DNA from: Callorhinchus milii | Taxonomy: Eukaryota | Assembly: GCF_018977255.1 (NCBI RefSeq) | Contig: NW_024704773.1 | Span: 3,348,001-3,412,000 of the forward strand | Length of the DNA: 64,000 nt | Reading direction: 5' to 3' | In this document: positions 51,086 to 63,573 of the stretch, in pieces | Numbering within the stretch: position 1 is the stretch's first letter | Layout: each line of letters opens with the position of its first letter | Position numbers and translations under genes: made by a program | The notes under the pieces: generated by a model | Database searches by the model: none | Seen by the model: only the letters and a program-made list of their open reading frames with translations | Told to the model about the DNA's origin: nothing

Positions 51086-51854
51086 AAAGATTACAGTGGA
51101 TTCCTGTGGCTGATTGCTGTCCAGTGACCTCAGGTGGAATGTCTGCATGGGTGAACTTTGTTGAGGATGAGAATAAAACTCAGCTGTGATGGTCTGTGGT
51201 TGCTGACCTCTGGTCTCCAGACTCCTGTATCAATAACAACAAGATTACATTTGTGTAGCGCCTTTCACGTTGAGAGGATGTCCCAAGGCGCTGATCAACC
51301 ACAATGGAGCGTTACAAAAGTGCATCCTATCAAACAACAAGAGTTGACAAATTGGGAGGAATATAAAATAAAATATAAAATTAGCATTCAACTGCACAAG
51401 TAGTGCATCATTTCCATGGTAAGAGAATTATTGGGGTTTTAGAGTTTTGTTCCTTCTGAAAGTGGTGATTCATGGGCACCAACCAACTTGCCCACGTCGC
51501 GATTCTTCGTGTCTGACCCAAAAAATGAGGGTTGACAAGTTCTACAACTCCAGGGTATAACCTAATGTAACTCTTCTCTATATACTATATATAATATATA
51601 ATATACATACACCCACATATACACACACACAGAAGATCAACTAATGGCACTGACTTGTGTTTGAATCCGAGACCTTTGTGGAGTCCTAGAATATTTGCTG
51701 TACAGAAGGACATTCAGCCCATCTCATCTATGCTGGTTCCACTGTAACTATCTACTCTAAACCCAGTGCCCTGCTCTTTCTTGATCCTTCCTAATACTAA
51801 TACACTGTGTAGTCCCAACAGAGCCATTGGCGAACTGTGATATTTTAATATTTA

Positions 51855-52192
51855 GGTGGTCCCAGCTGTAACAAGCAGCAGAAAGCGTGCTAAACAGTGC
51901 TCACAGGGCCAAGCGATATGGTTTTAGCTGGTTAAATTTCGGCAGTACTCCAATGTACGCTCTGGGATCCCCAAGCCTTGGCTCTTGCCAACCCACAACT
52001 AATACTTTCCAGAATGAGGTAAGCAGGATGCCTCCCCACAGAGATAGTGCACATTCCATTCCAGATACAGGGAAATTTCCATGTGCTGGTCACATACATA
52101 TGTGGAACTCTCAATCTGGTTTGGATACTGAGCACGGTGATGAGCTTCTGCATGTGGCAGATCTCGACCAACCAAAATAAATAAATAAATAG
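51855..52192 (+). mobile_element. Repeat family X copy with (TAAA)n tail
   Basis: ggttttagctgg...cacattccattcc...ggtttggatact...accaaaataaaataaataaata. Confidence 0.78.
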
Positions 52193-53744
52193 TCTTCCTG
52201 TAATTTGTCTACTTGCCTTTCACAGAGAATTGAACAAAGCCTCCCGGTTATCAGTTTAACATTACCTCTCCAGCCGTGGCCAGTTGCATTCCACAGCATG
52301 ACATTTCCACAATCCCAATGAAATTGGAGCTATTGTGTTCCATAAAGCACTTGGCCTTGATCCCTGCACCTGACTTCATAACCTTCAACCCTCTTCAGAA
52401 CTGGATACTCACCCAGACCCTTTTAAATGGAGCTCATCATTAGCATAGCATGTTTGATTAGACATGCTTTAGGTAATAATGTGCTACTTTGTGGTGTGTT
52501 GTGTGTGTGTGTGTATTGTGGTTTGTGAGTATTTTGGTGTGTGTGTGGGGGGTTAAAGTATTACTGATAACTAGTTATGCTTGAGGCTTGTGCTTGCATT
52601 ATAACAGTGCAGGCTGCGTTATTGGATTGATCCCAGAAGGTACTGCCTCCCGACAATTTCCAAGTGACTCCTATTCAGTAAGGACCGGTGGGTGGATAAA
52701 AAGCAAGAGCAATGATGCAATGCCCCAGTTCACAGAGAGCATTGGCTTCCAGCCGCCACAAACAATGGACATCTTTGTCCATTTTGTTAAAATTTAATTT
52801 AGATTATTCCCATCATTTTGCCATATTTTGCTGGGATAGCAAAATTAATTTAGGAAAACATAATACATGTATGTTACTTGCTCCTGATTATTATAGTTGG
52901 GATAGGCCCACAAAATGTTCTTGGAACAAATGCAGTTTCCTGGGTTATATTTCTTTCTTAACTTACAATTCTTTTCTCAGAAGCATGGGCAGTCTTGTCC
53001 CATCTGCACAGCTGTAAGTTTCATGTTTGACATGATCTGTTTTCTTGCTTGATTAGCAACAAAGATATCATTGACTTTCCTCTGAGAAATGGCTTCTTAT
53101 TTCCTCCCAGCTATGTGACACCTGCACAAGCCTTCATAGCAAGTTAGTTAAGCCACAGGGATAGGGATTTCGGTACCTCAGGATTTTAATGGAAAGCTCC
53201 GTGCATGCCCTGGTTTGATTCTTGCATTTCAAAGACATGCACTCGTGACATTTTTAATTCTTTGTTTGTATTGAATTGAAGCTCAGACATATCCTCTTAC
53301 TGTTGTCCTTTGCTGACTACAGCTAAACTTGTGTAGTGTAATTATAGCTGGCAGTGAACTCCTACTGGCCTCTGCTCATTTGAAGTCTGCACCTTTAGGG
53401 GGAATAGACATACATCTGCAGTTGGGATGCTTGATTCGGGCCTGCCAAAGCTGATTGAATTGTGTTTAATATACTATTCATTTACTCAATATAAGCGCCT
53501 GTGGCTGTTTTTATAAAATTGCCGTGGTGAGGAAAGTAGAGGTGTTGAAACTCAAGCATTCCTCTTATAATATTCATAACCCTTGCATTTAATATGGTGC
53601 ATTATATGTCAGGAGGGCTTCACAAAATGCTTCGTACGATTTACTGTGAATTGTTGTGATTGTATTTTGTAGGTGAATGTGGCAGCCAATTTGTGCACAA
53701 CATGGTCCCACAAATAAACTTTTTTTTCAGCAGCCAGATATAAT

Positions 53745-54085
53745 AAGCCAAACTGAGAGTTGCATTTATCCCACGCATACACAGAAATCCCAGAAATATT
53801 TGTTGGAATGGAATGCGCATTCTCTTCCTGAAGGGACACATTTTGCTTACCTGATTCTGGGAAGTATTAAGCACAGGGTAGCAAGAGCCAACACTCGGCA
53901 AGACCCCCAGAGTGTTTGTTGGGGTACTAAAACCACATAGCTTGCCATTGGTATCACTGTCTGGCAAGCTTTCTCACTGCTTGTCCAGCAAGGATCACCC
54001 TACCCGCTAGGGCCTTGTCTTGCAGGGTTAACAGGAGCTGATGAGTTGATTTCATGCCCTTCCAATCCTGTCGATGAGCCAGGGA
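53745..54085 (-). mobile_element. Repeat family X copy, 3' end lost
   Basis: ggaatggaatgcgca...ctgtctggcaagcttt...ccctacccgctagggc...gcagggttaacag. Confidence 0.75.
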
Positions 54086-54589
54086 GCGCAAGCACTGGAA
54101 GCTTTACATTGAGAGACCATGGAGTTTGGGGATTTTCATTCCACGCGTATAACATCATTGTGTAAATCTGCTGATGGTGTCAATTGCTTTGTGCATGCAC
54201 GAGACTGTTGAGAAGTTTTTGTTTCTAATTGTCTGATACTGAAATAACACTAGTGGAGCTCGGGAGATGTGCCTGGATATCCGATGACTTTGCGCCTGGT
54301 TTTCTTCTCTCAGTTCTGTTGCCATTGATTGTGTAATGGGAAAAGAGCTCTTGTGCAAGTGTGGTGACATAAAGATGTGCTCACGTCAATCATTGTTTCA
54401 TTTGAAATAAATATGACAAATTTGCCTGGAGCTAATGTGCTTCATAAAAATAAACAATTCAGTGACTGGCTCTCTGTCGGCCTTTTATCCTTACCACATC
54501 CTTGATCTTGTGGGAAACTGTTAGCTCTGACCCAATAATACTGGGCAGTGTTCAGTGAAGTCAAAAAATTACTCAACTTCAGATACCTT

Positions 54590-54961
54590 GTGGAGTCCTG
54601 TAGCTTAGTGGTTAAAGCATTCACCTTGCAAGCAAGAGGACCTGGGTTTGATTTCCTGCAGGGCGAAACGTTGGGCAAGTTTCCTTACTCCACACGCCTC
54701 TGTTTACCTAGCAGTAAGTAGGAACCCGGATGTTAGTTGATTGGCGGATCGCTTTTCTGGGGATAATAATCCCTTCAAAATAAATAAAAATAATTTGGTC
54801 ATTCAATCCACGATTGTTTGTAGGACACTGCTGTGCGCAATTGGCTGCCGCATTTCGCCCACAAAATGTACAGTCAGTTCACTTTAGGGTATATTCTGTG
54901 AAGCACATTGAGACATCTTGAAGATGCGATAAGGCGCTACATCAAATGCAAGGATTATTAT
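54590..54961 (+). mobile_element. tRNA-derived SINE, long subfamily
   Basis: Full head, internal ctgtttacctagcagtaagtaggaacccggatgttagttgattggcggatcg segment, tail. Confidence 0.9.
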
Positions 54962-56073
54962 CTTTTGCTGGAGTCCATCATGAAGTTAAATTCTATGATC
55001 AGCCTCCTTTCCAGCATGACCCCAACAACAGCAACAACTTGGATTTATACTGTGTCCATTACAGAGGACAATGTCTCGAAGCACTTCACATTGGTGGGGT
55101 TGGACACCAAGCAAGGGAGAAGGGGGAGGGGGACGCCACTATAGCAATGATTGTAGAGGTAGGTATTAAGGTGGGATTTCAAGACAGATAAAGAGGGAGC
55201 AAGGCGAAGAAACAGAGGCAGGGAATTCCACTTTGTTAGGAGGTTAGCGGTTAGGACTCGATTCAGCACTGCACCCTTTCAGGAAATTCTGTAGTAAATT
55301 TAAATGTACAGAATCGAGCCTGCCACAGCAATAAATGCAATGTAAAAATAACCTGAGCCTAGTATCAACAGTGTCCTCACAAACAAGCTGAGTGTAGCTG
55401 ATTATACCCTCCTGTGGTGTTCTTTATTGAATATGACACGTTTGCCTTCACACTTTATAGTATATCCAGTGAAGCGCTTCGAGACATCCTCTTGACGTGA
55501 AAAACGCTATATCAAATGTAAGGATTATTATTGTTTATTTCTCGAGTATTTATCCAGCTCTCTTCTTAACACTGTTTTCACAGCTGTTTGTGGTAAGACA
55601 TTCCACCAATAGAAACAAATAGCTTTCCCTTTAAATTGTTGCAAAGTCAAAAGAAGCATACATTTAGATTGTTTTATCTATATTGAATAACCAAAATATA
55701 AGATCTACTTAGGACAAAAAGAAGTATTTGTAGTTTTGTGAACCATGGGACATGTTCCGTTCCTTATTTAATGAACTAAGTCATAATGTGCTTTGAAATG
55801 CATCCCTTCCGTTGTGTATAATGCTAGTGTTCGCACCCAGTTAAAAACCATTATGGATATTTGACTGTTTTCAAGAGCCAAAAGTGGCTGTGCTGAGATT
55901 GTTCAAGGAGCAATGTCCTAACTCTATGAATTAGGTACTTCAAAGCACATTTTAATGCTATTCCTTGAATAAAGAACAAAATGTCTTCAGGAAACTGCAA
56001 TTTTGACCCTGGTTTGTGCGTTTCTTATTGTTTTAACGGTATATTCCTTTTGTGTTCTTTCTCTGAATGACAG

Positions 56074-56271
56074 ATTACCGAACGGGTCCCTGCTTTACCC
56101 AAGTGAACAACCAGATGTGCCAGGGCCAGATCAGCGGCATCGTCTGCACCAAAACCCTCTGCTGTGCCACAGTGGGCCGTGCCTGGGGCCACCCCTGTGA
56201 AATCTGTCCCGCTCAGCCACACCCCTGCCGCCGAGGCTTCATCCCCAACATCCGCTCTGGTGCTTGCCAAG
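56074..56271 (+). CDS. FBN2: Fibrillin coding exon 6 (hybrid domain 1, 9 Cys)
   Basis: Pyrimidine tract then gacag|AT...G|gtaatg; 198 nt; (D)[65 protein letters not shown]. Confidence 0.97.
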
Positions 56272-56360
56272 GTAATGTCTTCCACTCGTTCTATGCTCAG
56301 CCTCCTTTCCATCCTGACCCCAACAACAGCAACAACTTGGATTTATACTGTGCCCAGAGT

Positions 56361-56694
56361 TGGAGTCCCATAGCAAAGTGGTTAGTGTGCTCGCCTCACA
56401 AGCAAGAGGACCCAGATTCGATTCCCGGGTAGGGCAAAACTTGAAGGCAGGTTTCCTTACTCCACATGCCTATGTTTATCTAGCAGTAAGTGGTCGATTG
56501 GTGGATCGATTTCCAGGGTTAATAATCCCTTAGAAAAAAATAGGTCACTCAGTTTCACGACTGTATGTGGGACACTGCTGCGTGCAATTGGCTGTTGTGT
56601 TTCATACACAAAACACACATACTTTACAATATATTCTGTGAAGGGCTTTGAGACGTCTCAACAACATGATAAGGCGCTATATTATTATAATAAT
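56361..56694 (+). mobile_element. tRNA-derived SINE, long subfamily
   Basis: tggagtcccatagcaaagtggttag head and gattcgattcccggg B box, about 90 nt downstream of exon 6. Confidence 0.85.
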
Positions 56695-58737
56695 AGTTAA
56701 CTCAGCGTTTACTTGCGTTTCTTCTCAAAAGGGAGGCGGTGGGGACAGATTGTGTCAGCAAGTTCAAGAGGTAATTAAATAGCTATTTGGTAATGATATT
56801 AATTGAGGGGTTTGAGAGGTAGAGTAATGCAGTCTTATTAATTTATTAATTTATGAATTAATTACTTTGGGACCATTTCAATGTTCGTTTAATACTGGTT
56901 TAATCAGTTTGCAGTGTAGTGGTCTGTGTCTTATCACAGCAATAGCTAGCTGCTATGATAGATTTAAGCTATGTTTTAGATGATCAGGGTGAATTGGGCA
57001 GAATCTGAGAAGGAGCTTTGATTGTATAACACAACGGGTGCAAAGTTATTCTGAAATTGGGTCAACAACATTTGACTGTCTAGCTGCAGATCCTCACTGT
57101 TCGGTAGGAGAGATCATTGTAAGCCAGTAGGTGGGAGAGCCAAATGGTCAACATGGCAGCAGCCCAAATACAAGGCTATTAGAGGCAATGGGAGGCACTG
57201 TTTAGCATCTGTTCTCCAGGTGCATGATAAACTGCCTTTTACGATGATGCAGATACAGCAGCTAATAACTTAAATGCCTTGCACTATCAGGAGCAATTGT
57301 CACCAGGTAGATCAGTGATTCAAATGCTGTATGATACTCTTGCCACTAACTTAAGACACTTAAGGTGAGAAAGGTTTGATGTTTGACAGTGATATGCTGG
57401 AATATTTTGTGTAAACTACACTTGAGGATTGTGCCTGTTCCAATGAACCAGTGAGATGTGAGGAATTGACAGGAAGTTTGTGACTATTGTAGTTAGTCCA
57501 ACACAGTCATGTGGAAAATGTTCAAAAGCATTTTATTGAATACTATCGCTTTCACCTAAAGACCCTTATTATCATTCACCTAAAGAACACAGAGGCCAAA
57601 ATGAATAGTTCACAAGGAATAGTCCACATGGATTCAAAAGCAATAGGTCACATTTTACAAATCAACTCATGTCTTTGAGGATGTGGCTAAATTACTTACA
57701 AAATCGTAGGATTGGTTAAGATGAAGAAGGCTCTATGGTCCATCTGATCTCCCTCTTACAGATGACTGACCTACACTTTTTCCACAGTCAAGGAATTGAT
57801 TTGAATTTTTGATGAGTTTAGTGTCCTGGCCCCTACCACCCTTCCTGGCAACCAGTCATCAGTTGAATCCAATTTCCATTAGTCGATGATTCGATGACTA
57901 GAGGGCATCAATTTAAGATCATTAGTAAGGTAGCAAGTAGGAAATTAAAAGGACTTTTTTACCCAAAGAGTGTTAAGCTTAAAATGCTGAATGCCCTATT
58001 TGGTTTGTACAGTGAATAAACTGAAGAAACCATTAAAACCAATGTCACTGTAGCCTCCTACATATCACTACATCACAGTGATGCCACAAGAGTTCATTTT
58101 ATACACCAGTGGTTGTATAGATTATCAATTATAAGATCTAGTTTATCCAAATCAATTCAGAAAATCTCATTTATTATGGGCTACAATCCACAGGATGAAT
58201 CAGACACCAATTCCAAATCCACTGGATGGAGTAGAAGCCATATTGATATGTTTGGATTTTTTGATCCATTGTTTCATAGCATTTGCATTGAGTTTAAACT
58301 ATAATAATCTACAATTTAGTGTTAACAATATTAAGTAATAATCTTTAAGCTATTTCCCTGTTGCATTCTTTGAGCCATGGTTTTCTTTGTTCTGTGGAGC
58401 CTGCACTACTTCAGGGAAATTGAGTAGCTCCATTGTATTGTGTGGCTTGACCTCTTGCCACAAACTATGACTGGAATTAAATACTATAATTAATTGAACT
58501 TAGTCTGCTATATGGATTGCACTGAAATGAGGAGAGGCTCCCAAAAGTTGTATGAGTTTTTGCTGTCAGTTCCAAGTAGGGTATGATTGAAAACAAGTCT
58601 GGTTAATTTGTGGTCAGAACAACTACCGAGATTAAACTTGTCTATCAACACTTAAAATACTGTCAATCTTATCCTGTGATTGTTCAGTCTTATCTGATAC
58701 GTGATCAGCAACCAAACAGAGGAAATACATTTCAACT

Positions 58738-59047
58738 ACAGAGAAACTATTTCATCTGGTGGGGGAATCCAGAACAAGGGGGAATACTCTTAAAATTAGA
58801 AGTAGGCCAATCAGGAATGAAATCATTCTTGAAAGCATTTTTCATGCAAAGGTTAGTGGAAATCTGGAATTCTCTCCCCCAAAAGGCTGTGGATTTTTCA
58901 AACTTTCAAGACTTAGATGGAAAGATTTTTGTTTAGTCAGGGTATCAAGGGATACGATCAAAGGTGGTTAATTGGAGTTGAGATATAGATCAGCCATGGT
59001 GGAACAGGTTTGAGGGGCTGAATGGCCTACTCCTGTTTCTATGTTCT
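58738..59047 (+). mobile_element. CR1 3' fragment
   Basis: GESRTRGNTLKIRSRP, FFMQRLVEIWNSLPQKAV; tail ggcctactcctgtttctatgttc. Confidence 0.85.
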
Positions 59048-59119
59048 TAATGCATCGTTGAAGCTCTCCTAAGGGGTTAAAGGCACTTCATTTTGTGCAG
59101 AACCTGACAACAGAGACCA

Positions 59120-59445
59120 GAAAATGGCAGGTTGTTATTCTGGTGCTAAGTTAGCTCATCTCATTCAGGGCCTTAACAATTGGCCTCTGCGCTTTTGGGT
59201 AAGGGAAGAGAAAAATCAGTCAAGGATATCACACCTAATTGCTATCCAGAGCCCCTGCTGTAACCTGAGTGTGTGGACATTGGGTGAGGAATAAGGAATG
59301 TACTTGGCTGTTATGGTCAAATTCCCTTCCAACACTCACAGTGGAGGCTCACAAATATGAGGCACTCTGACGAGGTATTTTAGGGTGACTAGTGTGTGTG
59401 TAACACTTCACCACCAGAAGGAAAATGGAGGGGAAGAAAATTGAC
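59120..59445 (+). mobile_element. Second SINE family copy
   Basis: aattgctatccagagcccctgctg...gtggacattgggtgagga...cttggctgt, shared with ~51100 and ~31140. Confidence 0.55.
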
Positions 59446-60029
59446 AGGGATGGATGCCCTTTTTTTTGTAATTTATGAAGCCTTTCCAGCTTGTTATCTG
59501 CATTAAACAAATGAGAATGATCATACCTGTCCTAAATGTCAAAGCAGGTGATTTTTTAAAACGCACCACTATCTGGCCAAACTTTCATCCCTCCTCGACT
59601 GAAGACATGGCTCCACAGGGACCACAGTTGCCTTGTGGGTCCCTGACCCAAGAGGTCATTATTCAGGTGATGGTTGTGACTGAACATGACTGTGATGGTT
59701 GATAGGAATGCCATCAGAGGCTGTCGCAACGTTAGGAAGATCAATGGCGTTCAACAAGATCTGGTTCTGTTAAATAGACGGTCTCAGTAACACCAGGTGA
59801 AATTTAATGTGAAGGTAATGTAAGTACAGCTGATTCCTACAGTAATAAATTATGTGTCTGGGGACTTTAGCAGGTATACTCAGACTTCCTAAATACCTGC
59901 TTTGCCGGTCTTTGTTCTCGATGGAATGTTGTAACACCTCAAATGCGAGGCCAATTCCTTTATTGCTATTCTTTATGAGTGTTCAGAACTTCAAGGCAGG
60001 ACAAACACAATATTTCTGAAACCAGGCGG

Positions 60030-60570
60030 ATTGCAATTGGTATAGCGCATTATCAGATCATTGAGACATTTCAAAGGATTTTTACTGTGAAATATAGTGA
60101 CTGTATTTGTAAGCAAACATGGCAGCCAATTTATGCAAAGCATTGACCCACAAACTGCCATGAAGTGAATAACCAATTTTATTTGGGCGTGAATGACCAA
60201 TTGTCGGTGAGGACATCAGGAGAAACGCCCCTTCTCTTTCCATGGAATCTTTAACATCAACAGGAACAGGTACAAATAGGTCTTTGGTTTAACGTCTCAT
60301 TCAAAGAATGGCACCCCTAACAATGACACGTTCCTCCAACACTGCATTGGAGTGTCAACCTGGAATGAGAGTTCCCTCCACCACTCTGGACTCCAGCTCC
60401 CTGCTCGTGTGAAAACTCTTCACTGTCCAGCGTCTTGGGACATCCTCCCAATGTGAAAGGTGCTGTAGAAATACAATCTGTTGTTGTTGTTGAGTTCAAT
60501 GTCCCTACGTGGGGCTTCTATCCGCATTCTTTCTGACTCAGAGGTGAGAATGCTACTAACTGAGCCAAGT
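60030..60570 (-). mobile_element. DeuSINE-like SINE with a + strand L2 tail (~60365-60492) inserted
   Basis: Reverse-complement head (aactgagcc, ttctgactcagag), core (catggaatctttaacatc) and tail; L2 tail cttgggacatcctcccaatgtgaaagg...(TTG)n inside. Confidence 0.75.
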
Positions 60571-63369
60571 TATATTTAAATGACTCCTAGTTGTCATCAT
60601 AACTGATGTTGCACCTCTGTCACACTCATGCACAGGGGATAGGAAAAAAACTTGTCATCTGATAAAAAATCCTTTTCTTACCTCTGGCTTCCATTCTCAA
60701 TCTATCGGGGACAACTTCTCCTATCTTCTATTTTCTGGATCCAATACTAACTGTGGTTGTTGCAGTATGCCTCTGAACTTGCATATCTTGTAACTCTCAG
60801 CTTCCTATATGCTCCTCCACCATACATGTACAACACACACACACATACACGCTCTCAAGCATTATTGATTAGAACCAAAACTGATCGCATTCTTTCTTAC
60901 TCCTTCTTTCCCAGGACTTCCAACACTATGAAGATCCTTACTCCTCTCATTCTTTTCTTCCTCTTACAATTAGCAGGCTTTTAAAACCCAAGCTTGGCAT
61001 TTTCTAGCCACAATGGTTTGATTTGTTTTGCCTTCTCAACTAGTCTTAAATAGATCTTGCATTTGGTATAGCGCCTTTCATGTCGGGAGGATGTCACAAA
61101 ACATTTCACAGGATTTACTGTACAGTGTAGTGACTGTATTTTGTAGGTGTGAGTGGTAGTCAGTTTGTGTACAGAAATGTCCCACAAGCAGCCATGAAGT
61201 GAATAACTAATTTTATTTCCAGTCATTACATACTAAGGGTCTTGCTCTTCAGTTCACTATCTCAATTTTTTGTAAAAATAGTAAGAGTACAACTAAAATT
61301 GTGCCCATTTCAGGGATTCAAATTGAGTTACATTAATACGCCTTCCTACTTCATAACAATATTATTTGCTGCTTAATAATCAAATCTTGACTCATTTTAT
61401 GCACTTAATTTATTGAAGCTGGAAAATATCTTGAAGTAAATTCTACAGAGAAGCCCTGTGCATTAATATACTAATGCACTGCTTGTAAGCAGCATATGCT
61501 GAATGCATTAAACAGAGACCCAATGTAGTCCTTTATTTATTTTAGACACCAATGCTTATGAAAACAACTGAAGTCAACTGTTCGTTTCACATATGCTCCT
61601 TTTATAGAAGGATTGAACTTGACTGCCTCGTATTTCCAACAGCGGGAATTTCCTACTGCTCATGCCTCATGTACCATAGAGACTTTGATGTAACTTACAA
61701 CCAATATTGTAGTATTATATGCCCTATGTGATGAATCATCCGCCCACCTTCCTTACAATAATATCGCTTTTATTCTGTGAAGTATTGAAACTTTCTTAAG
61801 GCGGAATTTCATTGCAAATTTATATTTATAAATTAAACCTACCGTCGTCATAACAACTTGCTGTATTTCTAAAATATGGTTTTGTTGTAATATTTCCAGA
61901 TTGGCAGTTTTACTTTTACTAGTTAAACACACATTACAAAGGGCAGCAAATTGGAACATTTTAAGGCCTATCACTTCAACTGTGTTTTGGTCATCTGGAC
62001 CTAGCTCAGTTCCCAGACAACTGTGTGAAGTGTTTTGCGACCGCCTTCCTGATGTGCAAGGTGCTTGATAAATGTAAATTGTATTGTATTTTCATATATT
62101 TTTAGATACCCAAAGCAACAGGCAAAAGGAACATAGGAACAGGAGTAGGCCATTCAGCCCCTCGAGCCTATTCTGCCATTCTGTTAGGTCATGGCTGATC
62201 TGTACCTCAACTCCAATTGAGGCATACTGCACAACATGAAATCTCAGTACTTTGTCATATCCGTAGGTACCTCTGATTTATAATAAATGTTAAAATTGGG
62301 ACAAAGTATAAGTTTACAGGTTTGGAATGGAAGTAACTAGCTTATCTTGCTGTAACAGTGTGCATTGATGTAATTTCCTTTTGAATGTGATTAGTACAAT
62401 TATACTCCATTCTCTTGGTTTAAAAAAATTGTACCAAACTTTGGCGTGCAAATCAAATGTATGCAAGAGGATTCCTTAAAACTACTGAAGATAATAACCA
62501 TTTCTGAAGCGTAAGCTTCCTACTGGAGAATCTTTATGTTGCAGTGATCATAACTGTACTCTACATGGAGTCTGACCAGCTTCAGGATTTGAACTCAACT
62601 GATTTGGCATTATTCCGCTCGTCCTGTTCGCTTTGTGAATTGTTGCCTCACATTGTTCGGAGATGGTCAATAATTAGTTAATTAACAAATTTTGTGAGGA
62701 AGGGGGTAGGGGAGAACAGGAACAGTACAGGTAGCATCTCGGAGCATGTAATTGTTTAAATGTCAGATGATATTTACACTCTCTCCCGTGTTTTCTTGTA
62801 AATGTTCTGAAATTCCACTGTGCTACACTGCCAGGTTCTCCTTCTCTGCAGCTCATTACATACGAGGAGGTGTTTTGAACATTCATTCTCAGCTGCATTG
62901 GGCATATGTTAAAATTTGTCTGTTCCCATAAACCAACTGTTTCAGATTGTCGAGCCACCTCTAGAATTTGCTGTAAAACTGTCAGAACTAAATCTGTTTT
63001 GTGGTGTTACCACCGTAACTTTGGCACCACGTTCATGTCAGTAACCATTTCAATTCATCACCAATTCATATAATAATACTGGTCAGTTGCAAATTGACAC
63101 ATGTACACTGCATCAGCCAGTCCTATCTTAAGCGCATGAGATGACACTGTCAAGAGTCATATATAAATGAGTTGATCTCAGGATGCATCTAATACATCCT
63201 CCTTCACATGCAGACACACACACAGATTTCTCCTACTTGGTAGTTGATCTCAATATTAATCTGCTTCCTCGTTCTCCCCTGCACACACACACACATACTG
63301 CACTAATAGACTGATACTACTAGGTAGCTTTAAAAAACTAGTTGATCTCAATATGAATCTGAATCTTTA

Positions 63370-63572
63370 CCTCTCACTGCTCTGCAAGCCCCGCCCTGCC
63401 TGCTCCACCATCAGCAGTCGGGCCTTCAGCTTTTCTATCTCCATCTTCTGGAACTCCATCCTGGAGCACCATCACCTTGCCCTCTCTCTTGCTTCTTTCA
63501 AGGCCCATCTCAAGACCTTCCTTTTCGACCATGCCTTCGTTCATCTTCCCTCCTCCACCACCCACCCCCTTG
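63370..63572 (+). mobile_element. L2 3' fragment cut by a SINE
   Basis: SRAFSFSISIFWNSI...SLASFKAHLKTFLFDHAF, the L2 C-terminus. Confidence 0.8.
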
Positions 63573-63573
63573 A

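Larger units (their letters stand above)
7570..56271 (+). other. FBN2: Fibrillin gene (FBN2-like), 5' portion: coding exons 1-6; gene continues beyond the window
   Basis: Six exons splice in frame to MGIQWCWKLLLGCMALTGIAVEKATGQ...[153 protein letters not shown]...GACQ, the recognisable fibrillin N-terminus. Family call is secure; FBN2 vs FBN3 is less so. Confidence 0.93.
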
